Below the pieces are notes generated by a model, which was not told the origin of the DNA, did no database searches, and worked only from the letters and a program-made list of their open reading frames with translations. From contig NC_087256.1 of NCBI RefSeq assembly GCF_037042905.1, positions 31,000,001 through 31,064,000 of the forward strand: a stretch of DNA of 64,000 bases, given 5' to 3'. A program made the translations under genes and the position numbers. Below are positions 41,739 to 55,894 of the stretch, in pieces; position 1 is the stretch's first letter, and every line of letters starts with the position of its first letter. This DNA is from Lytechinus pictus (taxonomy: Eukaryota).

Positions 41739-44700
41739 TACGTGTGATTGAATGGCTATTTTACTGTTGTCCAAAAATCATGCCAATCAGAGATGATTAT
41801 TTACGTCCAAGGACCGTTTTTTACGTCACCATCTGAAAGACCCTACCAGGAGGAAAACTAGAACCATAGATCCTAAGTTCCGTGTGTAACTGGATTACAG
41901 GCGCATGGCATTGCCAGGGAGTTGGGATTTTGGACTCCTTGCTATTCTGCCACAAGTGCATCTTGGCAGAGTTGAGGGTTAATGTTTCGTTGCAAACCAT
42001 AATATATATCAAACATACATGGGAAGGTTTAAATCTTCAGGAAGGTCGTAAAAAAGAAAAGGAAACATGTTGGGCAAACCATTAATGTTTCGATTCATAT
42101 GAAGATTTGGATCGACAGGCATGACAGGAGTAAGTAGATTTTCTGAATTAATTCGTGAAATTTCCTTGGCGTTTGCAACATCTTTGGTTTCATGTCCAAG
42201 TGTTTGTGTGCTAGTTAATATGACAACAGATAATAACAATAATGAAAATGATGATAATAATAATAATACTGATAATACGTTGCATTTTCAAGAGTGTTTT
42301 AAGCGCTTTATAAAGGAATAACATAAAAATATAATACAAATTAGAGAGCATATACATTACATTTCATATCAAAACAAGAATTAAGTCAAGTAAAGGCAAT
42401 AATAGAAGAAATAGTAATTACAGTAATATCTTCCTAATGTAAGAAAAATCATTACGATTTGATTGGTCACATAGCATTGGAGCAAGGTTCATCGGCGGTC
42501 AAAGATGCTTCGATTCCAGTTGCTTCATATATAATCACAGTCACAGAAGGCAAATATTCTTTTAACAAGATTCATTTGGTGAGCGCCGCGACGTTAATTC
42601 GTAGCTTGTTATTCGTTTAGCGCCGATTCTCTGTCAGTGTTGAAACACGTCTTAATTATCCGGCCAACCCTCCCGCGACAAATGGCCCTCGTTAAGAGAA
42701 ACATATGACTCCGCCGCATCATGTCGGCCTATTTTAGGCAAATTTCAAATGTAGGACTTATTCAAAGCCTTTTAATTGATGCTTGTGTGGATGAGTACTA
42801 TTATTATTCCGAACAAACAACTAAATAATTGACAGGAGTGATCGTTATTGGGGATGGGCCCTAATTATTGCACACAGAAATAGATATGAAGGTGTGTCAA
42901 CCAGTTTAGATGTGATTTGATTTTGTAATTATTTTCCTTTTAAAGCTCATTATCAGGATGTATGTGTGTCTAATTATTAAAGTTCAGAGTGTGTGTCAGA
43001 TGACTCGAATAGCAATGAGGGTTCAAATGGAGTGTGTGAGGGTGAGGGTGTGTGTTTGTGTGAGGGAGGATGCCCCTCGACATTTTTTTGCGATAAATGC
43101 GCCACGGAAAAATTAGCGTAATAAATTCATATAAATTTGAATAAATGAATTAATTGCAATTTACCTAGGCAACCGTGATCGCCGCCGAGATCTTAAGGAT
43201 GCGCCATAATACCACCCACACACATTCCGGGGAAAAGAAAAACATTCCTTTGTGAAAAAGACTGTATGACCATGTATAATTTATGTATACGCATACCTAT
43301 GTTGTATTATGATGTATTGAATTCTGAATAGAGGTAAAAATAGATAAACAGATAATATCAAAATTATATTCATATTGATTTGGAAGACTTACATTACATG
43401 TATTTTTATGATTTTTTTTTGGAATTGTTATATTGCATGCTAAATATAATCATTCATTTATATGAAATATTTTTTGGTGAAAAAACACGTATGACAATGT
43501 ACAAATCATGAAAATATTTAGTTTCTACGTCTTTGTACTTATACCTCTGTTACTAGTATATTATGATGTATTGAATTCTGAAAAAAGCACCAAAAACTTT
43601 TAAAAAACAATCAAATACATCGGGACTATTAGGGTTAAAATGAATTGATACTTCTATCGAATTCTATGTACAAAAATATGGGTAATGTATTTGTATAGTG
43701 AATTTCGAAAATATCGAAACATGGTTTTAATGCTATACCTTACTCCATGTTCTTCGTGTTTTTGGTCCAATTACTGTTTATCCTAATTCAGGCACGATTT
43801 TGAAACCTTTCACAGCGTTTATATCATTTTACCAATAACGCTAGACAGGGTTTCCATGGTTCCTACTCTGATCATTAGGCATGTTGCCAAATTCAGCGAC
43901 TAAAATGAAAATATCGCCATGCTTGCAGACAGTGTATAAGCATTGGGTGCGATTTATTGCAGATACTCGATTCTGATTGGTCAAAAGTTTGACCCCGTAT
44001 CCCGTACGATGCGTATAATGGGGTTATTGAACTTTTGATGTCTCCCTGCATTTGTGTGAAGCGTTAGGCTGGGTTGTCTTATTAATCATAGCTTGCTGTT
44101 ACACTTGTCAATAAATTTGTATCCGCCTGGAAGCTATAGTCCTAGATTAGATGTGTGTGTGTAGGAATATCAGAAGTGCTGTAGGTGGTTGTAGAATCAC
44201 AGAGTTTTCTCGCATTGAGGGGTTCGATGCAGAAAGCGTTGCGTTAAACCGCGTTTAAACATACCCCCCCCCCCCAAATATCTAGTGACAATCGATCTTT
44301 GGATTGAAGTTAATTGTAACACCACGACCTGTTGCAAAAATCTTTGATAGACCTTATATCTGTGTAATCCATCCGGTTTTTTTTTCTTTTTTTTTGAGGG
44401 GGGGGGGGAAGGGGGGTTTCTTTTCATTTTCTTAGCATATAGTATTGGTAAAAGAGAGCAGTACAAAGAGAGAGAGAGAGAGAGAGAAAAAAAAAGACTG
44501 AGGGGGGATATTTTTATCCTACTCCTTCCTCCTCTTCTCCTATTGCTTTTATAGGTCAAGACGTGTATATAAGGAGCCAAACAAAATAATGGAGAGGGCA
44601 AGACATGGCGTATGGGGGGGGGGGGGGGGTCACGGCCTAGCTTAGCTATCAAGCAAAAACTTTGAACTTTTTATTGCAAAAAACCTAAGGTGTAATAAGG

Positions 44701-44815
44701 TAGAAAGGAATTCCTCGAACGCTCAAGCACTCTATCAGGGTAGTTATTCAGCGCTTAGGAACAAAACGCTCTATGAATGTGACATGTTATTATCAGCTCT
44801 AAACTAACAAATGTA

Positions 44816-45059
44816 CAATGCAAAAACTCGGGTGTTGATTTAACACCAGCCCGGAATCTATATATGTCCACACCTGAGAAGTGTTAAACAACACCAGTAT
44901 CGTTTTGGAGGCTAACACCAGATAGGTGTTTATACAACACCAATTAGTATTAAAACAGCATCGGTTTGATTCCAAACTGGTGTTGTTTCAATACTTCTCT
45001 GGTGTGGACATATATAGATTCCGGGCTGGTATTAAATCAACACCGGAGTTTTTGCAGCG
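44816..45059. mobile_element. Palindromic MITE, same family, copy 2 (opposite orientation)
   Basis: Same arms, spacer reversed relative to copy 1, TA flanks. Confidence 0.88.
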
Positions 45060-46322
45060 TATATACGTAAATGAATTCCTGAGTATAGTATCCTATGTAT
45101 CATACAACAAATTCTCAATATTTGCAAATTTCAGATAAAGATGCAAACATAAAACAGCTGTATGACTCCGGTATAATGTACGAGTTTACATCGTTATAAC
45201 GCGCAAATTAATCTGATTGAGCGACACCATTTTGAGAGTAAATTAATGACCAAACCATGATACTTAGGCGGTACCCTCGAGTAGGGAAACGAGAAATTTC
45301 CCCTCGCAAAGAACTTCAATTACGAACAAACTTACACGGCTGCTTGGCCTGGGGATCTATTGCAAACGAGATCCCGTTGATGCGATGAAAAGTCAATTTC
45401 TTATTTCTAAAAAGCGCTTATATATGAGAGTGAAATTGTTCTTAAATGATATCAGAAGGAATGGGATTAAGATGAGCTCCATGACAGCGACAATTAAGAT
45501 TAGAATCTTAAAACTTGAGATGGGATCTAACATAGGGCTTTGTCGAAAGCTACATTATTTCCTAATTCAATTCCTATTAATCGTATTATAAATTCATTTC
45601 ATTTCAGTTTTCTTTTTTGTTTCATTTCATTTGATTTACTTTCATTGCATTTCATTTCATCTCTTTCATTTCGATCAAGGGCGTAGGCGGGGGGGGGGGG
45701 GGTGGTTACTGGGTGCACTTTCCCGCTGAGGCAGAAGAGTTCCATGCACACTGGCAAGCAAAACGAATTAAAATCAATCAAACCCTCTTCATTCATGTCA
45801 AAGAAGAGAAAATAAAATAACTAAGATGGAGAAAAGAAATATATATATATATATATATATATACTTTAATATACATGAAATAAAACCTATCATCATCGGT
45901 AATGGAGGTAATTTATATTTTTTAGAAGGTTTTAATTGTACTATCAAGACGAAGATTTAAAATTGTGTAACAGTATATTAATGAAAATGTCTGCAAATTA
46001 TACCAGTAAGCGACGCCCCAAGAGAAGTAACAGTGGATTTGTAAACATTTAAGATATATGCGAGAGAGTTTTAATCTCGAACTGCCGACGAAAAGTGTTG
46101 TGGCATTAGATCATTATCACATAATTTCTGTACAGGATTTAACTTGTAGACGGAAAAAATTACACGACGTCTCCTGATGAGTTAATTCTGTTCGAAAATA
46201 CACAAGAAAATATAAAAAGAGCATCTTCTTATGGTTTTGTTTGAAATGAGCAGCAAACATAATCGATAATACGCGCTATCCGCTTCGATAGAATCAATGG
46301 CAAGTGTTGTTATTATTACCGG

Positions 46323-46604
46323 CAGTGGCGTAATGAGCCATAAATATTGAGGGGGTGAGATATGATGTATCGGGAAAAAATTATTGAAATAGTTAATTAT
46401 TAATATTAATTATTAAATAGTTAATTGTTAATTGCGAGCGAAGCGAGAGAACAAAAGTATTTTTATAAAAAAATCAAATTTGTGATAAACATTTTGACAT
46501 AATATTCAAAGAGTGATAATTTTTCTCTCTTTCCTTTTCTCTTTTTTTCTTGGTATTTAATTTTTTGAGGGGGCAACCGCCCCTAGGGCGCCTGTACGCC
46601 ACTG
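46323..46604. mobile_element. hAT-like MITE
   Basis: TIR CAGTGGCGTA / TACGCCACTG, perfect 8-bp TSD ATTACCGG. Confidence 0.88.
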
Positions 46605-47151
46605 ATTACCGGATTGGCGCCAAATTTGATTGGTCAAATTCCAAACCAACGCAGAATATTGTTTTTAATGTGTTCTTCTGTTAGGTCGTCAATTCTATGA
46701 AAATGTAGCCAATTGCACCTTTAAGATTCAGAAAGGTTGCACCCGTGGGCGCCGTTTTCAAGGGAATGTTTTGGAGTCGCTTTTCGTTCCGAAGATTTGT
46801 TTTTTTAATTACTCGTGGACGAAAAGCAACCAAAAGCAACCCCGCGATCTATTTGCGAACCTTTCGAACATTTAAACTCACGCTTTGTGCACATTTATCG
46901 CATATAATACGAAAGTTGGACGTTGTAATTTTTTTTACATGCGTATCCTGGCGAAAACCTTGGCAAAACGTTCATGAGCCCCGTAAAAAAAGATATATCG
47001 GGGCAAATTTATCGTAGTGTGTATGCGAAAGCATACAGTATGTAATCATGTCATGATGTGTCCGCGATGTATTAAGCTGTTGGTATGTTTCGTATAGGTG
47101 GAGATGAGTCTAGGCTGGGTGTGTGTGGGGGTGTAAGGATGTGTGTGATAA

Positions 47152-47340
47152 GAGATGCCGTGGCCGAGTGGTCTAAGGCGCCTGGCTATACATGGAAAGT
47201 CCGGGGTTCGATCCCCGGCCGCGGCACCTATGCCCGTGAGCAAGGCATTTAATCTACAATGCTCTTTTATCCTGCTTTCAAATAAATGGAAATGCTTTAT
47301 GCATTATTGGTAACTAGGTGTGCACTTGATTAAAAAAAAA
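47152..47340 (+). mobile_element. tRNA-derived SINE, longer copy
   Basis: Same head and body as the 30991 copy, oligo-A tail, possible TSD GTGATA (47145-47150 and 47341-47346). Confidence 0.88.
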
Positions 47341-47392
47341 GTGATATCATACACTGATATGCGGGGTACAGAAAACATCAAGTCATGGAAAG

Positions 47393-47560
47393 TATTATCA
47401 TTATCATTATTATTACTTTTATTATTGTTATCATCATCAGTAGTAGTAGTATAGTAGTAGTAGTAGTAGTAGTATTACCATCATCATCATCATCATCATC
47501 ATTAGTATCATTGTCATTATTACTATTATCATTATTATTGGTCAGTTGTTGTTGTTGTAA
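47393..47560. repeat. Compound trinucleotide microsatellite (ATT/AGT/CAT/GTT)
   Basis: Directly visible. Confidence 0.9.
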
Positions 47561-49578
47561 TGATATACTACTGATGATAACAGTATAAGTATGTAAAACA
47601 ATATGACAGATGATCTTAAGGTAATTTTTTTTTTATAGGGGTTGGAGAGACGAATATGTTTCTTTGCAGTGTCAAAATGTTATAAATGGGGACAAGACTA
47701 GAATTGTTTGTGTATTCCCCAAAGGAAAATGAATTTCTTCGGGCCAACGACCTCCTAGAATGATCAAGTAAAACACTGCTAATAATGATTTTTCGAATAA
47801 AATTTCTCATTTTCTTTTAACACAAGACATGAAAGTGTATTTAAGGCATTACCAAGAAATGATAATGCGAAGTATTAATCGTGCCCGGTGGGGTCATCAT
47901 GTTCCCTTGTGTTTCAATGTGAGGGGTGAATGTTCGCCCCCATCACGCCCCCTTAGGAGGGACAAGACAGTCTCGATTAACCCTGATTGGAAACCATGGT
48001 ATATCAAAAAGATATTTTTTTGTAAAGGACAAATTAGGCAAATCTTTACCTCACGTAAATTCTGTAACATTTTTTTAAATAAATCATTGTACACACAGTA
48101 AGCGATGATACTGGAGATTGCTCTGTAACAATCTTCCCACCTCAAAAGTTAATGGAATTACTTAATTCGATACGTTTTTGTCGATATGAATATAAATAAG
48201 AGCGTTATTTGCGAAATAAAGATTGAATTTAATTGAATTTATCACCCCCCCGATAGCCGATTCATTTAAAGGAGACTTACCTTTGTAGGAAATCCTCTTA
48301 ATTCATTATTTTTCAATTAAGATAATTTTATGTTTCATTTATCTTATTTCCTCTCTGCGGTGCGCTTAGAAACATAATTATTAAGCGCAATTTAAATGTT
48401 GCATATTACTATCGATATCATTATATTCAGAGGCACAGGGGGAGTAAAAATTATAATTCTAAACGGCAATCATTAGAATATCAATATTGGTATTGGGAAA
48501 TAGAGATCATGCAAAGGAGTCCATCAATATAATATATAGTAAACTAACAATTATTTTATGTGTTAGTTGCCATTCGATTTTTTTTTAAACCGAACAAACT
48601 TTCTTAGACCAATCCTTAACAAAGTATCCTTCACGTCGTGACAGGTAATCACTTTGCATCTGATTCCCCCCCCCCAAAAAAAGAAATTGTTCACTTATTC
48701 TCCAATCGGGGGGGGGGGGGCGCGCCCCCACCTGGATCCACCGCTGCTGGTAGGAACCAATTATTAAGAATTAAACATATTGGTTAAGTGATTTAAGTAT
48801 ACAACTATCCCATGGACTTAAGTAAGGGTAAGGAAATTGCGAATAAAAAAAGACCCCTCTCCTAATTTTAATCCCCGCCCTCGGTAAATCCATTATACAT
48901 GGGTGACATGATAATGACGATGATATTAGAGAAGACGACTTGGGACTTGGTACCCTACTCGCGCCCTCGTCGCGCATAGTTGATGTTAATTAAAACATTT
49001 GACGCTGTTCATCACGAATGATATGACATGATGTAACGAATAAGGCATGATTCATGCACTCGATGTATCATCGTTCTCGGTAGATGCCTCCTCTTTATGA
49101 TATTGTTCACGGTAAATGAGGGGCGTAGCAGCGAGGAAAGATAATGTTGAAATGAATGAACTTAAATAGGTTTTTAGGCAGTTGAGGTATGCAGCAGTGT
49201 CTCCACTTGTGCTCAAGGTAGGCATGTAAGAGAGAGAGAGTGTGTGTGAGAGTGAGAGGGTGTGTGTGCGACCCGGTGTGTGCGTGTGTTGGGGGTATGT
49301 GTGTGTGTGAGAGAAAACGAAAGAAAGAAAGAAAGAAAGGAAGAAATGGGTGGTGAACCCTGGTGAAATGAGCATCTATGACATTCACAGTCATGTTTAT
49401 GCTCCGACATACGCTGGATGGGACTAGTGTAGACCGGTCTGGACCAGTTCAATGAACATCTTGTACCGTTTTCAGAAATTCGCTATTCCGGACAAGTCTC
49501 GGGCTAAGTCGTAAAATTTAAGTGAATGGCTCGGGCTCACTCTGGCCCGTGCTATTTTTACTTTAATTTTTACTTTAA

Positions 49579-50353
49579 GTTAGACAAACTTCTAAAACTA
49601 CAAAAGAGAGTAGTTAGATACTGTACTTTATCTGATTTTCATGCCCACTCTAAACCTTTGTTTCTCAAATTGAATGTACTTGATATATATAAGCTTAATA
49701 CATTTCTAATAGGATTAATCCTCTTCAGACAAGTAAACACATCTTTACCTGAAAATATTCAATTATTATTATCATTCAATAATGAGATCCATAATTACAA
49801 TACTCGTCATAAAGAGAAATTTCATATATTCAGATGTACTAAAACATTTGTTTCATTTACTTTTAAACATACTGCACCCCTTATTTGGAACGCACTTCCT
49901 CAAGAGATACGTCAAACTGGTAATTTCAATGGTTATAAAAGAAGATTAAAGTCATATCTGTTAAAGTTAACACATACCTAATCCCTATTTATATACTTTT
50001 TCATACGATAATAATTCAACTTTTCACCCCCTCTTCACTTCACTTTATGTTTATTTTGTAAATTCCTTATTTTTGTATTGTTTTTTATAATTATTTACCT
50101 TAAACTATCCATTGCAACAATGTTTAATTCCAGTTTGGGACACAGCCTTGACAAGTTCAAGTCCCTTTTTGAACTTTTGCAGTGACCCATTTCCATTTGA
50201 TTTTTTTCTGTATATATGAAATCAATACCATTTCTGTGTTTGTATAAATTGTATTGTATCCAAATGTAAATCTTGTAAATTTGTAAATTTGTATGTATGA
50301 ATTGTATCTTTTTATCGAATGGAATGAATAAATCTTGAATCTTGAATCTTGAA
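49579..50353 (+). mobile_element. 3' fragment of a CR1/L2-group LINE
   Basis: ORF2 C-terminus LLKLQKRVVR...HSKPLF...HNYNTR...IWNALPQEIR...LKSYLL*, 3' hairpin at ~50137-50188, AATAAA then (CTTGAAT)n. Near-TSD AATTTTT(A)CTTTAA at 49565-49578 and 50352-50364. Confidence 0.85.
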
Positions 50354-50423
50354 TTTTTCTTTAATGGGTGATAGTAAGTAGCACCGGCTCTGCTAATACC
50401 ACTGCTATACAGTAGTTACTTAA

Positions 50424-51004
50424 CGGGATGGTCCGGGCTGAAAGTATTTATAGCTTAATAAATAGAGTAGAATTCACTGAGCAAAATGCCGAAAATTTCA
50501 TCAAAATCGGATAACAAATAACAAAGTAATTGAATTTTAAAGTTTAGCAATATTTTGTGAAAACAGTTGTCATGAATATTCATTAGGTGGGCTGATGATG
50601 TCACATCCCCACTTGTTCTTTTGTATTTTATTATATGAAATTAGGTTTATTCAATTTTTTCCTCCAAGAACTAGAAAAATTGGATTGACAATTGATTTAG
50701 TGCATTAGATATTAATTGCTGCAACTTATTTCATCATAAGGGAGACATATTATTCACACAAGTATGAAATAATGAAAAAAATATGATTTTATGTAATAAC
50801 ATAAGAAAACGGAAAGTGGAGATGTGACATCATCAGCCCACCTAATAAATATTCATGACGACTGTTTTCACAAAATATTGCTAAACTTTAAACTTCAATA
50901 ACTTTATTATTTGATATCTGATTTTGATGAAATTTTCAGCATATTGCTTAGTGAATTCTACTCTATGTATCAAGATAAAAATATTTTCAGCCTGGACCAT
51001 CCCT
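50424..51004. mobile_element. Kolobok-like MITE, second family
   Basis: TTAA-CGGGATGGTCCGGGCTGAAA ... TTTCAGCCTGGACCATCCCT-TTTA. ~180-bp inverted arms share AAATTTCATCAAAATCGGAT with the first family. Confidence 0.75.
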
Positions 51005-53173
51005 TTTACGCAATGGTGCGGACTATTTTTAACGCGGGCCTGGTGCGAAGCAAAAAATCCTAAGTTACTGAAAAAGGTATTGGTCGAGAATGGAGCAATC
51101 TACGAATCAAAAGTGGTCGTGAACGAGGCCAAATAAACTTACTAAACCTAAAAAAAAAAAAAAAAAGATGAAACAAAAATAATTTTTAGCTTTCATTCAA
51201 CACTGCTGATTATTTCTCTTTTAATCAATTATTACAGTCGCCTTTTCTCCGATTGAAAATATGATTGAAACATCAGAATCCTCTCCTTGTTAATAAGAAT
51301 TAACAAAACAAACCTTGATAACGATTATGGAAATCAATGCATTAATTTTAATTAATTAATCTCAATTTTACTGATGGAAATTAAACAAGTGATTGTAAAT
51401 AAATGAATGAAAAAAAAACCCAAAATGAATGAACATTACCGATTGAAATGATGTATGAGTTCAAATAAATGAAAATAAAATCAAGAAAAGTAAATTAAGT
51501 AACAATTTCTGAATGAAAGATTTAATACAGAAATGAATAAAATGAAGAAATAAAAGGAAAATATTAAAAAGACAAATAATTGTTCTTTAGTGGAAGTTTT
51601 GTCTGTTATAAGACCAAAGTAGCCCATGCTTGTGATAGTCCATCTCACTATATCTCTGTTCGTATATGTAGTAGGTCCATGATACCAAAACGGTTAGGCC
51701 TAATTATTGTATTGTATAATTTTCAAATGTCTCTATGAAGGTGATTATAATTTTTTTTTTTTACTTGATTCTGCCCTAATACAATGACCACAAAGACATT
51801 TACAACCCAAATTAGCTTATCTCTCACCATGCGATGTGCTCCCCAATTAATGTATTCAGTTGTATACTTTAAAAAAGGCGTCGCACTGAATATGAATTGG
51901 GTGAAAGTAACAACGCGCGCGGCGAAGTCATACCGATCAAATATATTAGGGGCCTACGTTTCTTCCAAAATTCCAATGGCACACTATATCGATCTGTTTT
52001 GTTCGCTTTTCGTTGATATGACTGTACCTTAAGAATCCACGTGACACGTTATTAACACGTCACAGTCATTTAGCGTAACACGGCAGCTACCGTGCCCAGT
52101 TAATAGGACATTGTAAGAATAAAAGAAGAAGAAGAAGAAGAAAAATCCCTCCCCGCCCACTTTTTTGTGTGTCACTGTTGTGCATGTGTGATGTAATTAG
52201 CGTGGTTATCAGCACGCGGGACTAGATAGAGTCGCCGGGCTCGTTTGTGATGCGATGAAACGATATGATGAAGACGTTCGTGATGTATAACGATTGGTGA
52301 CATACCCACAGACTACAACGCCCTAACTGACTCAAAGACAGAGACTTAACCATCGCCAGTTTATTGGTTTGTATGAAATATAAAAAAAGATAAAGAGTTA
52401 GAAAATAAAATGTCGACTTGTTACGGCTAAAAATAACAAATGGACACCATTTGCGGTGCACAAGCGGTGAAGCGTATTTAAAAGGAACAATGGATGATAA
52501 AACAAAGAAGGCAGATTGCCAGACGTGACACTTGATAAACTTGCCCGAAAGTTGCTAGGAAGTGTAAACTTGACGATGGCCTTTTTCTCATTTGCAGCAA
52601 TCGTCTTTAACTCTGACATAATTTGCAAGCTGAATACAACATAGGCCTATCCGATACACTCTACCATTCGAGGGCACCCAATAATAAGTAGAAAATAATC
52701 ATCATTATGATCATTGTTGTGATATACTTTTTTAAAGGGGAAATTTTTTTACACATATAAAGAATAAAAATTTTCCATTGTCAAGATTCTGTATGCACAT
52801 CCAGTTCACAAGACACAATTGCATATATTCGTGACGGCGTACGCGACTGTTTAAGCGAAACAATGCAAAACCTTGAAATGCAATAACTTGGTTGTTTTTT
52901 TCATCCGATTTTGATGAAAATAATGATGAGTGCTTTGACTGTTTTTTTTTATTTATCATTTCAAATCATATTACCTGTCTGGGATAATAGTTTACTACAT
53001 AATTATGTGGCACATAAGAAATGCTGTGTTTATTTTATCTTTTTAATGAGAGTATGAGATCCCCAAAAAAATCGATTTGGGTGTATCTAATCTAAATGAT
53101 GTGTAGATCTTACACAAATTTGTGTGATTATTCAAAAAAGAAACATTTTTTTTTTTCCACGAACAAACATGTA

Positions 53174-53402
53174 CACTGCAAAAACTCCGGTGTTGATTTA
53201 ACACCAGACCGGAATTTATATATTTCCACACCAGAAAGGTATTGAAACAACACCAGTGTGGAATCAAATCGATGCTGTTTTAATACTAATTGGTGTTGTA
53301 TAAACACCTATCTAACTAAACTGGTGTTGTTTAACACTTCTCTGGTGTGGACATACATAGATTCCAGGCTGGTGTTAAATCAACACCGGAGTTTTTGCAG
53401 TG
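53174..53402. mobile_element. Palindromic MITE, same family, copy 3
   Basis: Same arms, short internal deletion, TA flanks. Confidence 0.88.
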
Positions 53403-53468
53403 TATGTTCCTTTTCTTTTAGTGTAACATCATACCTATAAGGCCTACCTCTTGTATCGCGTCTATTCA

Positions 53469-53688
53469 CCCCCCCCCCTCTCTCTCTCCTCGACCGTCCC
53501 GCTCTATCTCTCTCTCTCCATCTCGCTTTTTTATTTTCTATTATCTCTCTCCTTTCTTTCTTCCCTTTCTTTCTTTCTTTCTTTCTTTTATTCATTTTTC
53601 TATCTCTTTCTATTGTTCTTAATTACTCTCCTTTACCTCCCTTTCCATTTCTCTATCCGTCTCTCTCTCTCTTTCTCTTTTTCTATCT
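53469..53688. repeat. CT-rich polypyrimidine low-complexity tract
   Basis: Directly visible. Confidence 0.85.
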
Positions 53689-54999
53689 ACAGGGTGGCGC
53701 TAGGAGGTCAGGGGACTCGCGCATAAAGGAGGGGAAGAAAGGGGGGAAAGGTGAAAGAAACGGGAAGATAGAAGACAGAAGAGCTTCAAAATGAGAATGA
53801 CCCCTTTATGACATCACCTATGGGTAGTCTTGCTCCTGGCATCATTTCTTTATCCTCTACATTCTAATTTAATCTCCTTCTACACAAATAGAAAAAAAAA
53901 CACAATACCACAAACATAATGTTACATTTTCACAAAGATAATTATTTTCGTCATCAATTAGGAAGCACAGTCGATTTCTCTCAAAGTAATCGGATAAATA
54001 TAATTACAATTGTACATACAATAATGCCATCTTCTATATACAATATTCAGCCTTAAGATGAAAAAAAGTACATCATGCATCGCTATCTCAGCACTTCATC
54101 AATACTTTCATGGTGATCCTTGAAGATCAAGGTGTTAATTAATTATCAAATAATTCAGAGCAAAATGAAATCGTGAATAATATCTGGTTGTGGATCTGCA
54201 TCCTGGACTTGGCTGTGTTACCATGGTAACACAAAGATTTGAAATACATCGATAACTGACAATGGCCAATCAGGATCGTTGTTGCTGACCAGGAACCAGT
54301 CAGAAGTGGTCTAACATATTTGAAATCCATCGCAAACCTTTGTGATACGGGACCCAAATGTTAATGATGGATGGTGAAAATATCAAAATCTATTGAAAAA
54401 TATAACCCAGAAAGTGTGTAAAAATATTACATTTGAATTCATGCAATAGCATGTCAACACGCTATTGTAGGAATATTAATACCAGTGTCATAAACACTCA
54501 TGCTTTTATCAAGCTTTACGTATTATTTAAAAAAGAGGTTTGAATGAAACAATGAAGACTCGATATACTTTTATTGTCAGAGATGTAACACATGGTAATT
54601 AAAGAATTTTACTCCAAAGTTGCCAAAGAAAGGAAACATTCTTTAAGGTATCTTATGAATGTCATCGGAATTAAGCATATGTTTTACTTTTAAAAAATAC
54701 ATATGGGATGTACTTTTTTTTTCATTTTTATTTCATAACGCCATGCAAAATTTTGTTCCGCTGTAATCCAATAACATAAATTCTTTATCAATAGAATATT
54801 TCTTGTAGGAATGAGAACTCAAGTATCATAATTGATATCTTCAACCATGTAGAATTATTTACAACTATTTGGTTACGCCAATGCCATCACACTAGTCCTG
54901 TTCTCTAATTCTCAATTCAAAGATTGATTTATTTTACCTTTTTATTTTTTTCATATATTCACCTGTTTATCCTTACTCATTACGTATACTTATATAGGG

Positions 55000-55042
<43 letters not shown>

Positions 55043-55894
55043 GTTATTTTATTTTTATTTATTCATGTTCTTTTTCATCGTTGTTTTTGTTGATATAAAT
55101 TCTTCACCTGTTTTGAGCAGGACAGCATGTGATCATTGACTACAAAAAAAATGCTTGAGAAAGTCTTCAAATATTCCGTCTAGAATCAACTGTTTATGGT
55201 CCAGTAACACATATTTATTATGGGTGATAAATGTACTTCTTCTTACATGTCAACATTGCTCTTTCAGTTAATGCTCAAATGTTGCGAGAGAATACAAATA
55301 CATTTCTTAAAATTAAAAACTATATTTGAGCTGCCAAAAGTTATTTAAGGAGATCTAACATTCAAGGTTCATAGGTTTTCTCTGTGAACAAAGTTTTAAA
55401 AAACCTGATAAAATATCTGAATGATCTCACGGTGCGCCCCAGACACATGTCAGTCTGACAAGTTTACTTCCGAAATATACCCGCTCCTGCCGGAACCCAT
55501 CTACCGGGGCTGCTAGCTGGCTTAGGGTTGAGGGTAGGACAGCCGAGCCATAGCAGACATACTACGCAGCAAGATATCTCGTCTCAAGAAACACAAGCAG
55601 GATAAAATGTAATGAAGATGATGGAGACGACAGTTGTTCTTGCGAATTATTCACATCATGAAGGGGTTAATGTTTCACTTTATGTACCAGCCAACCATGG
55701 TATACATCGTTGAAATTACCAGGCTATTAAGACTAGTTTGTAGCAGACATACGTTGCCGATCAATGTTTAACTGCCTCGTCTGCAATTGATTATAAATCG
55801 TACCCGCCGATTTAAAGTAAGTGTTTGAAACGAACATGACGAGGCAATAGTAATGTCATTAGTACATTGGGAGCTGAAATGCACGAATGTCTCA

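Noticed and set aside
53860-55220. Lbx polyadenylation site
   Set aside because: Several AATAAA/ATTAAA candidates on the minus strand (e.g. 55219, ~54575, ~53873); cannot choose without transcript data.
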